DNA from: Podospora anserina
Taxonomy: Eukaryota
Assembly (NCBI GenBank): GCA_017654855.1
Contig: CM030337.1
Span: 3,596,001 to 3,660,000, forward strand
Length of the DNA: 64,000 bases
Direction: 5' to 3'
Positions 13,537 to 24,734 of this stretch are shown here, in pieces. How positions within the stretch are numbered: the first letter of the stretch is position 1; every line of letters starts with the position of its first letter. Below the pieces are notes generated by a model. The model made no database searches and was not told the DNA's origin. It saw nothing but the letters and a program-made list of their open reading frames with translations. The translations under genes were made by a program, and so were the position numbers.

Positions 13537-13851
13537 CTGAAAGCCCCTTTTCTTAGCGTCAGATTGTAGACTCCCAAATGCTATCTCCTACCTAGTACTC
13601 TTTTAGAATAGCTTACATGTGCGTACAACTGTTTAGACAATACGATCGTCTTTCAGTGAGCTTAGACTTACGCCAATGCATGCTAGCGATTGCCATTGCC
13701 CAGAAAAACGGAGTGTTTAACCAGAGATAAAAGGGGCTGTTGAGGAGTGATCCAATCAAGGCACCGGGGTATCTTGGGGTGAATGATTGACCTGTAGGTG
13801 CCTGTGTTTCTTATTCTGTTATTGCTAACGCTAACGAATGGGCTTTGAAAA

Positions 13852-14593
13852 TGTGACAAGGGCTGTAATATCAGGGCTTGGAACTCATGGTTCAATTCAG
13901 GCTAATAATCTTCAATGGCCTCGAAGAGCGTGATACTGAAAGTGAAGAAGGAAAATACAGTCTTGATGATCTGTTACAACCCTGGTGCAGGGCGGGTTGT
14001 GGGGCTACGGGAGCAAGGGCCAATCGGGAGAACGTATAGGAGAGCCAATCACAGTAAAGGACGACTGATCAGTGTGCTCAGGGCACTGAGCACAGTGAGC
14101 AGAGGTGATCAGTGGCCTTGGGAGACTGATCATGGCTTGGCACGAGGTCTATATATACGGAGGAACTGGCTGGTGTAGATAGACAGTTCCGCAGTATGCA
14201 ATACAAGTCACAATCGTTAGTATCTAGACTGTTGTGATTGAGACAAGCCATTTGTTGTACACTGTTTAGCTGTACCGAACCAGGATTGTTCAGAAGTGCC
14301 TTCAACCAGTATCCCTTTCAGAGGTTCTGGATAGGGGTTCGTCACATGATCCTGAACGCGTATTTTATCCTTCCTTGCGTGGCCCGTGCCCTTGTTGGCC
14401 TCAGGCCATCGCCAAGTCCTCCAATATCCTACTGGGCCAGTGGGCTTCCTTTGATAACCGCCTTGCCTCTGATTGTCTGCCTCACTCTTGACGAGAGGCT
14501 CACGACGTGCAGCTTCCCCTCCTTAAGGTGATATTTGGCGTTGTTGTTGGTCATGGTTGTTGGTGGTTGGTGGTTGGCATTTGCCGTGTGACA
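13852..14593. mobile_element. Solo LTR, family A, interrupted by a nested family B LTR
   Basis: TG...CA termini; perfect 5-bp TSD GAAAA (13847-13851, 14594-14598). Confidence 0.9.
13972..14346 (+). mobile_element. Nested solo LTR, family B (375 bp; crapaud-like, unverified)
   Basis: TGTTACA...GTCACA termini; 5-bp TSD TGATC (13967-13971, 14347-14351); TATA-like TATATA near 14150; 3' half homologous to the LTR at 36505-36863. Confidence 0.9.
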
Positions 14594-15051
14594 GAAAACA
14601 GTACGTGAGCCTTTAATGAAGGACTGATGGGTTAGCCTTGGTGGTTTCAATGTTTGTTGCCCATTCATCAGCATTGTTTGCCCCTAACCCCCCTGTTTTC
14701 ATTCTCATGGGTTTTTTATGTCATGCCTGAGCCGTCTGCCAGCGCTTGAGGGGGCTCTAAAATGCTGATTGGGGAGCATATGCAGGAAGAGGAGCAAGTG
14801 CATATGTCTTGATCCCTAATAATGCATCAATTGGGCCAGCCCAACCGCTCCACGCCTGCACAATCACTTCAGGGACAGTGCCCAGCTTACAAGTTTTGGT
14901 CACATCAGCCCCCCTTTCCGTTCGGTTGGCCATTAACGGCCACGGTCTGCCGCTCTCGGGCGCAGAAGCTGAAGAAACGCACGGCACATTGCATGACTAA
15001 TACACGTTCCAGCAAATGGCTTCAAAGAGCACAACACTACCAAAGTCCACC

Positions 15052-15321
15052 ATAAGTCTTGTCGCTACAAACTAGGGCAATGTCGGAAATGCAGCGACCA
15101 CATCGATCAAGCTTACAAACGCGCTGCAGAAATACCGCTAACTAACAAATATCTTAAACCGGCTACCTTTTTACTGGGTAGTAAGGTAGCTAATAAGTCG
15201 CATTACCTAACCGCTATTATGCAGTACTAATTTCCACATCTTTTTAAAGCAGTAGCGCATGTAGTGCGCTGTCGCTATAGGCATACTATAACAACTTATT
15301 GGGCATTAACCCAAGACTTAT
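15052..15321. mobile_element. Possible MITE/non-autonomous TIR element, RIP-like composition
   Basis: 10-bp inverted repeat ATAAGTCTTG / CAAGACTTAT bounding a TA-rich non-coding 270 bp. Confidence 0.3.
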
Positions 15322-16211
15322 CGGTTCCGTCCCTTAAGCCTATGGATCCAATATCCTACACTGTACGCATCCTTCTAGTACACTCTCCGAACCAGCCGAA
15401 CTTTTGCTCCTAAGAATCTCTGCCGATTCACAACATAAGGACTAAGCTCCTCCGTGATCATGTTCGTCCCTGTTTCTGGCCCCAGCTCCGGCCGGTCCCT
15501 GAAGGCTGCATCACTGTATATTATCCTCCGACTCAAGACCCCTGGATCCGAATGGAGTTTCTTCCCTAAGGATCAGCCTTTGCCTTTGCAAAAAAGACTT
15601 TGCGACTGATCGTTCTTCCACCTTGGCACTTCGTGCTCAACCATCTTCCTTGACAACTTGTGTTGAGTAGAGACACTGACACTTCTTGTGCGGCCTTTGG
15701 CTGCACCGATTCACGGCTACTCACTGTTCAACCTTCAGAGGATGCCTCTCAGGCGACGCGTACGGGAATCGTAACAGGGAGGCGCGCGAGTCCATATTAT
15801 CTTAGCTTGCGCGAGACGGAATCAGGACTGAGACTGATCGTCATGATGTGGAACAGATCAATTTTTGGCTGTCTCAGCAAGACCCCTGCGTCCGCCTGCG
15901 GACCAGTTCTAGCACTTGCTGTCATATACGGCATCATCAATCAAGGACCCACATTTGCTGGTCGGAAAATGACCAGCAAATGTGGGGCTATGCTGTCGCC
16001 TCTTGTCAAACAACGGTATGGGGTTCAGACTTGGTCAATTGGTTGGTTGTCTTGGGGAGAAAGGTGCAGGTGGCTGGCCGCTTTCGAACCTGGATACCTG
16101 AGTCTCACTGCCAAGATATTAATTCCTTAACAGTTGGTCTCACTGGCTAATTTAACACCTCTAATCCATCTCCCAAACCCCGCATTCGTAGGGAACGCCA
16201 GTTCCTCGTTT

Positions 16212-16267
16212 CACATCTCAGATAACCCACTCAGCTCCACATCTCAGATAACCCACTCAGCTCCACA
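16212..16267 (+). repeat. 26-bp tandem duplication just upstream of the NLR start codon
   Basis: CACATCTCAGATAACCCACTCAGCTC x2, perfect. Confidence 0.9.
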
Positions 16268-16284
16268 CCAACGTCCGGTTAGAC

Positions 16285-19200
16285 ATGTCGGTACACCGGA
16301 TCGGCTTCACAGAACTTTCTGGCAGTCATGGCGCCAGGGACGGACTGTACCGGGTCAAGTATGCGATCAATTCCGATGCGGGGACCCGTGACTGACGCGA
16401 AGCAGCATCATCTTTGTGCACGGCTTGCGAGGGCATCCGCAACACACATGGGAGGACAACCGGGGCAGGGGCAGTGTGCACAGGGGCAGCGTGGAGAGAG
16501 GCAACAAGAACGCGGGAACGGCGACGTCACGTAAACGAAGTATCTTGAAGTCCCTCTTTAAGTCCAAACCATCGTCCTCAGCCTCAATTTCGACCACGAC
16601 CTCGACTGCCGACAGTAATACGACCGAAGAGAGCCCTAACAAGCTGTTCTGGCCCGATGAGTACCTTACACAAGACATTCCCGAGGCGAGAGTATGGACA
16701 TATGGTTATAATGCAGAGGTAATCGGCGGGTTGTTCCAGGCGAACAACAAGAACAGCGTGTCGCAGCACGGTCGAGACTTTGCAGTGCGCGTCGAGCGGG
16801 AGATCCCAAACGAGGTGGGTGCGCTTCAATGACTCGGATAGGAGGCTTGAACTAATGATAGCAGGACCCGATCTTATTTGTGGCGCACAGCCTTGGTGGC
16901 ATTATCGTCAAAGATGTACGTCTGAACTGCTTCATACAGTAGCTAATGCTTATGTTGAGTAACAGGCGATACGCCGATCGGATGCGTGTCGTGCGCGAAC
17001 GAAACTAATCGTCTTCCTTGGCACGCCTCATCGAGGGAGTGCGTTTGCAGAATGGGGCGACATCGCGTCGAATCTAGCTCTTCTAGGACTGCAAGATTCA
17101 AACAAGAAGATCATCACGACGCTGGAGGTGAATAGCGAGGTCTTGGACAATATCCACGAGGAGTTTAAGACTATCGCGGACCAGTCTCAAATTCGGATCC
17201 ACTCGTTTCAGGAGGCACGGGGAATATCAGGCATGAAGGGCTTGCACAATAAGGTACTTTGCCAGCACATCTTGAACGTCCTTCTGAGTGTTAATCGTAA
17301 ACTCACGGCAGGTTGTAGACGATTTCTCCTCGAAGCTCGATCTGCCGCGATCTCTCGAGACTGTCGAGAGTATCGACGCAAACCACATACAGATGGCCAG
17401 GTGTAGTGATAGGGCAGATCCACAGTACCGCGCCATTGTTGGCGTACTCCAGCAGTTTATACATCGTATGGCTCTTGATGAAACCAGCCTCCAGGAAGAA
17501 CCGTCGACAGCATCCAGAGTCGAGGTTAGTATGGTAGAAACGGGAGGCGGCTCCAACATGACATTGACGAGTTAGTGTAGGAGAGCTCTGCTATAATGGA
17601 CAGCAACTGTTAACCCTGCTATAGACCCTGCTACTCTGCCTTGCCACTACATTCCGCTCCCAGAGAACCGGCGCTTCGTCGGACGGAATAGGACGCTAGA
17701 CACCCTCAAAGCGATGCTGTTCATGCGCAAGGAGTGGCGGAAAGCCGCCATTGTCGGCCTAGGCGGTGTCGGCAAGACCCAGGTCGCCCTACAGTTGGCA
17801 TACTGGACAAAGAAACACCGGCCCGAGTTCTCCATCTTCTGGGTACCGGCATTAAGCAGCGCGACCTTTGAACAGGCCTTTGCCGCGATGGCTAGGAAAC
17901 TCCCTATCCAAAGCGGCGGCGATGACGATGATCTTAAACAGTCCGTGCGGCGGTACCTGAGCTCCGAGGCGGCCGGGCCATGGCTTCTCGTGGTGGACAA
18001 CGTGGATGATAGCGATATTTTCTTTGGCTCTGCAGGTATGCCGGGCAGCATTAGCGAGTACCTTCCTGAAAGCGACGATGGCCTCACCCTGTTCACAACA
18101 CGGTCTCGAGAAGTAGCTGTGTCGGTTGCTGGGAGCGATGTAATCGACCTGTACGAGATGGACCCGCTGGAGGCGGCTGAGTTCTTGGAGAAGTCGCTAA
18201 TCTACAAGGATATGCTTCGCGATGAAGAGGCGGCAGCAGAGCTGCTAAAGGAGCTTACCTACCTTCCCCTAGCGATTACACAAGCGGCGGCCTATATTAA
18301 TATAAAACAGGTACCCCTTGCCGAGTATGTCGAGTTGCTGCACGGCACTCAGCAGGACATCATCGGCCTGATGAGCAAAGAGTTTCGGGACAAAACTCGG
18401 TACCCAGGGTCGCAGAATGCGGTGGCGACAACGTGGCTCGTATCGTTCGGCCAGATCCGCAAGTCCGACAACGCTGCCGCCGATCTGCTATCGTTTATCT
18501 CGTGCATCGAGCCCAAAGGAATACCTCAGTCGCTGTTCCCCAGCTCCGAGTCGACTGAGCAGCTGGTCGATGCAATCGGGACGTTATGCGCGTACGCCTT
18601 TCTAACCAGGCGGGGGGACAGCAAGGTATTCGACATGCACAGTCTAGTACATTTGGCAACGCGAATCTGGGCTCAGCGAGAAGGCCTGACGGCAACGACG
18701 GAGGAAAAGGCGACTCGACATCTTGCAACAGTTTTCCCATCTGACGACTACGCAAATCGCAATGTATGGAGAGAGTACCTTCCGCATGGTCTCAGGGTAT
18801 TGCAGCACAGCAAAGAGCTTGATATTAAGGAGAGGTCCGATCTGTTGTTCTGGATTGGACGGTGCTTGAGAGCGGATGGACGGATCAAGGAATCTGCTAA
18901 GAGTTTGGAAGAGGCTTGCCAATGGAGGATTCGTCATTTCGCCAAAGACCACCCCTCCCGGCTCGCGTCACAGCACGAACTCGCAAGAGCCTACCAAGCC
19001 AACGGCCAAGTCCAAGAGGCCATAGAGCTACTCGAGCAGGTCGTCGCCATTGAAGCCAAAACCCTCACTCAAGAGCACCCCGACCGGCTCGCGTCACAGC
19101 ACGAACTCGCAAGAGCCTACCAAGCCAACGGCCAAGTCCAAGAGGCCGTAGAGCTACTCGAGCAGGTCGTCGCTATTCAAGCCAAAACCCTCACCCAAGA

Positions 19201-20161
19201 GCACCCCTCCCGGCTCGCGTCGCAGCACACACTAGCAATAGCCTACCAAGCCAACGGCCAAGTCCAAGAGGCCGTAGAGCTACTCGAGCAGGTCGTCGCC
19301 ATTAGAGCCAAAACCCTCACTCAAGAGCACCCCTCCCGGCTCGCGTCACAGCACGAACTCGCAAGAGCCTACCAAGCCAACGGCCAAGTCCAAGAGGCCG
19401 TAGAGCTACTCGAGCAGGTCGTCGCTATTCAAGCCAAAACCCTCACCCAAGAGCACCCCTCCCGGCTCGCGTCGCAGCACACACTAGCAATAGCCTACCA
19501 AGCCAACGGCCAAGTCCAAGAGGCCATAGAGCTACTCGAGCAGGTCGTCGCCATTGAAGCCAAAACCCTCACTCAAGAGCACCCCTCCCGGCTCGCGTCA
19601 CAGCACGAACTCGCAAGAGCCTACCAAGCCAACGGCCAAGTCCAAGAGGCCGTAGAGCTACTCGAGCAGGTCGTCGCTATTCAAGCCAAAACCCTCACCC
19701 AAGAGCACCCCTCCCGGCTCGCGTCGCAGCACACACTAGCAATAGCCTACCAAGCTAACGGCCAAGTCCAAGAGGCCATAGAGCTACTCGAGCAGGTCGT
19801 CGCCATTGAAGCCAAAACCCTCACTCAAGAGCACCCCTCCCGGCTCGCGTCACAGCACGAACTCGCAAGAGCCTACCAAGCCAACGGCCAAGTCCAAGAG
19901 GCCGTAGAGCTACTCGAGCAGGTCGTCGCTATTCAAGCCAAAACCCTCACCCAAGAGCACCCCTCCCGGCTCGCGTCGCAGCACACACTAGCAATAGCCT
20001 ACCAAGCTAACGGCCAAGTCCAAGAGGCCATAGAGCTACTCGAGCAGGTCGTCGCCATTAAAGCCAAAACCCTCACCCAAGAGCACCCCGACCGGCTCGC
20101 GTCGCAGCAGTGGCTCGCCTACATATTGAAAGCTGCAGATTGCGATGAAGCTAGAGTATAA
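16285..20161 (+). CDS. Fungal NLR: SesB-like alpha/beta-hydrolase + NB-ARC + TPR repeats (~1191 aa, 5 introns)
   Basis: Proposed exons 16285-16358, 16406-16814, 16865-16915, 16966-17253, 17312-17528, 17625-20161. Motifs IIFVHGLRGH, WPDEYLTQDIPEARVWTYGYNA, FVAHSLGGIIVK (nucleophile Ser), FLGTPHRGS, VVDDFSS, IDANH; P-loop GLGGVGKT, Walker B LLVVDNVD, LPLAITQAAAY, MHSLVH. Confidence 0.9.
18950..20110 (+). repeat. Nine 126-bp (42-aa) near-identical TPR repeats plus a partial tenth
   Basis: Unit HP(S/D)RLASQH(E/T)LA(R/I)AYQANGQVQEA(I/V)ELLEQVVAI(E/Q/R/K)AKTLTQE; first unit starts at 18950, tenth at 20084. Confidence 0.97.
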
Positions 20162-20721
20162 TGTTAGTGGAAGTCATTAATCTATTTTTTTCTTTCATAC
20201 TTCTCTGTCTTTACTCGGGTCGTAGGGGCAAAGACAATTTTATCCTAACTATACATTAACTGCTTCGTGAATGTTCTTCGATCCTCATCTGACTCTTGGC
20301 CGCCCGTGAACTAAACACTTAAAGAACCGACTTCAAGCCAGCCTACTAACAACCCTACTGAAATGGTGAGAAAACATACAAAACAACCACAACACCACAA
20401 ATATACCCTCAGTAGGTCTCTGAATAACCACACCTGCGTGACAGTGGCTCGCTCGCAGGCCGCACTTCACGTAAGACGAAGAAAAGACATTATGGGCTCG
20501 CAGGCCATATAATAAGCACCGGATTGGCCTGATCAGAGGGCCAGAATTGCTTGCACGCGTTCGAGACGCAAAATACGAAGAAAATAAAAGTCGATGTCCT
20601 GTCTAAAATAGAATGTCCGAAGCAGACCGCTTTTATACATGACCCCTGAACCCCCCTGAATTTTCTGAGAGCCTCACTTCCTCACTCATACCCTCAGGCC
20701 TCTGGCCGCACTCCAAACCAG

Positions 20722-21140
20722 TATAGTATCGTGGCCGACGATATTTATAACTTTAACGAGACTGGGTTTATAATAGGTATTATCTTTGCAGGTATAGTAG
20801 TTACAACTTCGGATAGCCGTAGTAAGGTAAAGCTAGTCTAGCTTAGTAACTGTGAATAGGCAACGGGAATCTAAGGAGTTAATACTGTCGGCTAAGTTAT
20901 TCCTCCCTTTATTATCTTAGCTGCGTAGTATTACCTCGCCAACTAATATACTAAGTATAACCTCCCGGCCGACTAGCGTATCGCAATTACCGATAATAGC
21001 CAGACTATTAATACGGTAAGCCTAGATTAGATTAAGTACTTCGATTATTATACGGCGCCCCAGATAAAAGGTAAATACCGGTTATTAATCTTCGACGGCT
21101 ACGAAAATCATTACTTAACCGAATTCGAGCGTTACTGTTG
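20722..21140 (+). mobile_element. RIP-degenerated Fot1/pogo-like DDE transposase fragment
   Basis: Translation YSIVADDIYNFNETGF...IPPFIILAA...KYRLLIFDGYENH with many TAA/TAG stops at expected Q/W positions. Confidence 0.85.
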
Positions 21141-21370
21141 AAATAGGTATCTTGCAGGCCTGTATGATGTGGGCCTGCGCTGGGGACTAGTGATTGGCGC
21201 AGTGTACTCAAAATGAAGGAGGCTTTATCTGCAGCCTACGACAGTGGCTAGGCACTAAAGGAAGATCAATCACAGGGACGGCGCCTTACAATATATAAGG
21301 TGATCACAGTAATACAGGCTTGTGAGGCACTAAAAGATGTGGTGAACCAGTATATTGAATTGACTTATCA
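21136..21370. mobile_element. Possible LTR-like relic truncating the transposase
   Basis: Starts TGTTGAAA exactly where the transposase stops, contains TATATAA and ends ...TTATCA; no TSD found. Confidence 0.3.
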
Positions 21371-21932
21371 GGTAGGAAAATATCACAGTGAACAGTCCTA
21401 AGAGCAAGCCTCTTATAGATCTTCGGCTCCGTATTCCTCCCCCAATCTCTTCTCCGTTGCCGTACGCTAAGTCTCTGAAACTCCGGGCGCTAGCTATACG
21501 GATCTCCAGGTTAAATCGGAGGTCCGTTCGGAGGTCTGAAAGCTTATTATAATTGCCACGGCAGAGCGTTGGTGAGCACTCTGATTCTAAGCCATTGGTT
21601 GTTTCCCTCTCTGTATTTTTGTAATCATGGAGGCTACAGGCAGACACAATCTCTGCTCAGGATTCTGAAGATGGAAGCACATACCTTACCTTACCGGCCC
21701 TAATGCCAAACATTGACTCCTGAGTGCGGGCCAGGTGCTTTTTACTGGCCCGCGGCTATCATGGAAGAGCACCAGTTCCGCAGCCGATTATCCTCTGAGC
21801 AAAAAGGTATACTTCAAAGTGACAAAATGAATACTTAAAGCGATTCTGGCATTGTATCAGTTCAAGTCTTTACTTGCGAATATTTCTTGCCCTCATCCAG
21901 TTCGCTGCTGGTCGGCCTTTCCTTTCACAACA

Positions 21933-24164
21933 ATGGAGCTCCCGATGTTTGACAACCTCCAAATTTCCCTACCTGCCGTGTCCAAAAGGCCCAAGAACCT
22001 CACCACTGCGATTCCGTGGGATGGTGTGAGCAACGAACCCAGGTCTCCGTACACACCAAAGCTGTCAATTTGAAGCAAGAGTTCGTCACAACCATCTTCA
22101 GAAAACTGGGTCATTACCGAAAGTGAGATTTTCAATCAAGTCAACATCCACAAACGCTTCCACCTGCCGGACATTGCTCCAGGTCTCGAAGAAAAGAATC
22201 TCCCGGTGTTCGATGATTTCAGTCAGTCCGGCGGAACAAGCCAAGAGATTCAAGAGCTACTTGTCGCAAAACAAGTTTCCAGGCTGGCCTCCATCATGTT
22301 GTACCCTAAGCCGCTAGAGTTCAAAGGATCCGACAAATTAGCGGTGGACTCCGTCTCCTCCTACGAGACTTTCGTCAAACTCTCAACAGCCTTACTCCAA
22401 TCACTCGATATTGTTGAGTACGACGGAGAATGTCTCACGGCAGAGCAGGGCCATCTGGAGAGGCTTGCTAGCATCGTGGTTGTTAGGAGAGTTCGTGTTT
22501 CATTGGACTTTACTTGCAACGAAGACCAGCCCACAGCACCAAGATCCAAGAGGGCCCTTTTACGAGAAGAATACTTTGGACGATGTTCACAGTTCCGACG
22601 GGGAATACTGGATCTTTGGAATCTTCTCCTCCACAAATGAACGGGATATCACAAACTACGAACAACTTCATTGACGACATATGAAATTAGCAGCATGGTC
22701 TACGAGACAGGTTTGGAACACTTCCAGACGCTTATCTGCCAGGACCAGGACCAAAACTATGAAGGAAGCTCAGATCCCACCATGATCAGCTGTGCTGGTC
22801 ACGCATTTCATCAACTTAACCTCACCCTTGGCCATATCAAGTCCAAAAGGATGGCTGGCCGAATAGGCTCTGCCTTTGCCCGGGGGCAACGCTTTTCACC
22901 GCCGGACCCTCGCGAAGCCTCCGTAGGGACGCATGTATCGTGGAGTATTCTTAACAAGAACGCCGAACAACAAGAGTCTCCCGAAGGAAATCAGCGTCGC
23001 AAAAGACTCGATCTCGGGTCAATGAGTAACGTCATTGCCGTGATCATCCCATGGGTCTTTACTCTTCCGTCAGTGGCGGACAGCTTGAACAGACTCCTGC
23101 GCGGTATAGCAGAGCGTGATTTATTTCTCAAGGGCAGCGCCAGCCAGACAATCGAGCTACAGCCCCATCCGAAATACTTTGCATTTTACTGTCTCGACAC
23201 GGAAGAGTACCGGAAATTACAGTACTCGCGTGGGCCTGAAGAGTCTCGGTCGCTTTCTAATTCACCCATCACCCGAAACGGCTTGGTGAGCGGCAAAGCC
23301 GTGGGCAAGATTGGTCGTGCAAGCAGCTTTGCGTTCGACTTGGCTACTTCCCGACCCCCGAAGCCATTTCGAACGCCATTTTTATTTGGCAAGTCAGAAA
23401 AGAGTCACCTAGAGGTTGTCAAGAGAAACCAGTCAGCGCTCGATTCAGCCAACCACGAGATGAAGAGGTGGGTCTTGGAGGAGAAGGGTGTCATGGTTCA
23501 ATGCAGGTTGTACGTATCAGCTGTTGTTGCCCTTAGTGCCTCCTTGGTTATTGGTGGAATATCAATCGGCATCACAGTTGGCGACAGGATTCCTGAAGTA
23601 GATCCCTTCAACATCACCACATATTGCTGGGTTCTGGCTGCTTTCGTCGTCTTGGTCTTCAAAAGCATCCGTGTTCGCGACTGGCCATGGAATGATTTTC
23701 TACATGGCCAAGTGTTGTGCAGGAGCGTCTCGGAACTAGCATCAGTCACAGGGATCCAGGATCAGTTGATCATTGCCTACCTGTTGTACCGCGAGCCTAC
23801 GTCTTGGCTCCGTACTCGTGGGCCTTTCAATAATGTGTTTGACGGGGTGCATGATGATGGTTTCTCCATCGATCGACTAATAATTACTTGGGCCATGTTG
23901 TAAAACGGTCCCATAAGCATAGAGGTTGAGTCTGCCAGGGGCCGTGGTCTTGTGTGCCTGGATTTACGCGATGTTGTACGCTATGGCAGGGTGAACTCGT
24001 GGAGATCCGAGTTCTCAGCTATGAAGGCCGATGTCTTGTGTTGTGAAAGCTTAGAGAGACAGAAGGTACATCATGGACAGTCGCATATAACTTTGAACCA
24101 TGAGCGCCTGGTATGGTTTCGAACAATCGGGTTGTATGGTGACACCAGTGCAGTGTATATCTAG
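21933..24164 (+). pseudogene. Pseudogene of a large fungal protein with C-terminal 2-TM region
   Basis: ORFs 22206-22640, 22671-23903 and 23952-24164 share one frame, split by TGA and TAA (probable CGA/CAA mutations), with a frameshift near 22050. TM motif DPFNITTYCWVLAAFVVLVFKSIRV. Confidence 0.75.
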
Positions 24165-24734
24165 GCAGGCTTAGGTATTCACACTATACAAACAAGAATA
24201 ATGACTATAAAGAATACCAAGGGCTACCATGTATCATATATTTTGGACAGGCCGTGATTTCGTGTATCGGGAATATGAAGTGTCGTCTGAGGGTTTGATC
24301 AGGAGCTTGATTGAGCGAGTGGATGCTGCACTTGAGATCTATCTTGATCCACGTACGATACTGTATTTGTTGCAGCGCACAGAAATTAAATAAGGAGGTG
24401 AGTGGGTGCTCACTATTGATAACGTCACCGACCTCCATGATGGTAAATGAGGGCAACCAAGCTGCGGAGTTGACATGTGACAAAGGCGGCAAAAGCTTAA
24501 AAGCCATCAACTCAACCATCGACCAACACGAGAAGTTTAAACCCTAGTGAAACGCCACAATCTACCTTATCGGCAATAGCCGTTGGCGTTTTGATTTCCT
24601 TTTCTTTGAGTTCCCCACGCGCACACTTTTCCAAGCAAAAAAGGAACTCTCGGAATTCGACATTCAACCCTCCTGCTTGACCATCGATCTCTCATTGCGT
24701 GTCGTCGAATCTGACACACAAACGCCTCACAGTG

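Noticed and set aside
15330-16130. Divergent partner gene head-to-head with the NLR
   Set aside because: Only short interrupted frames with no recognisable motif.
16285-16640. Amyloid signalling motif at the NLR N-terminus
   Set aside because: The effector is fused in cis; the low-complexity insert is basic/Ser-Thr-rich, without recognisable HRAM, PP or sigma patterns.
18950-20110. Regular repeat array as CRISPR-like
   Set aside because: Contiguous in-frame 126-bp coding repeats without spacers, in a eukaryotic gene.
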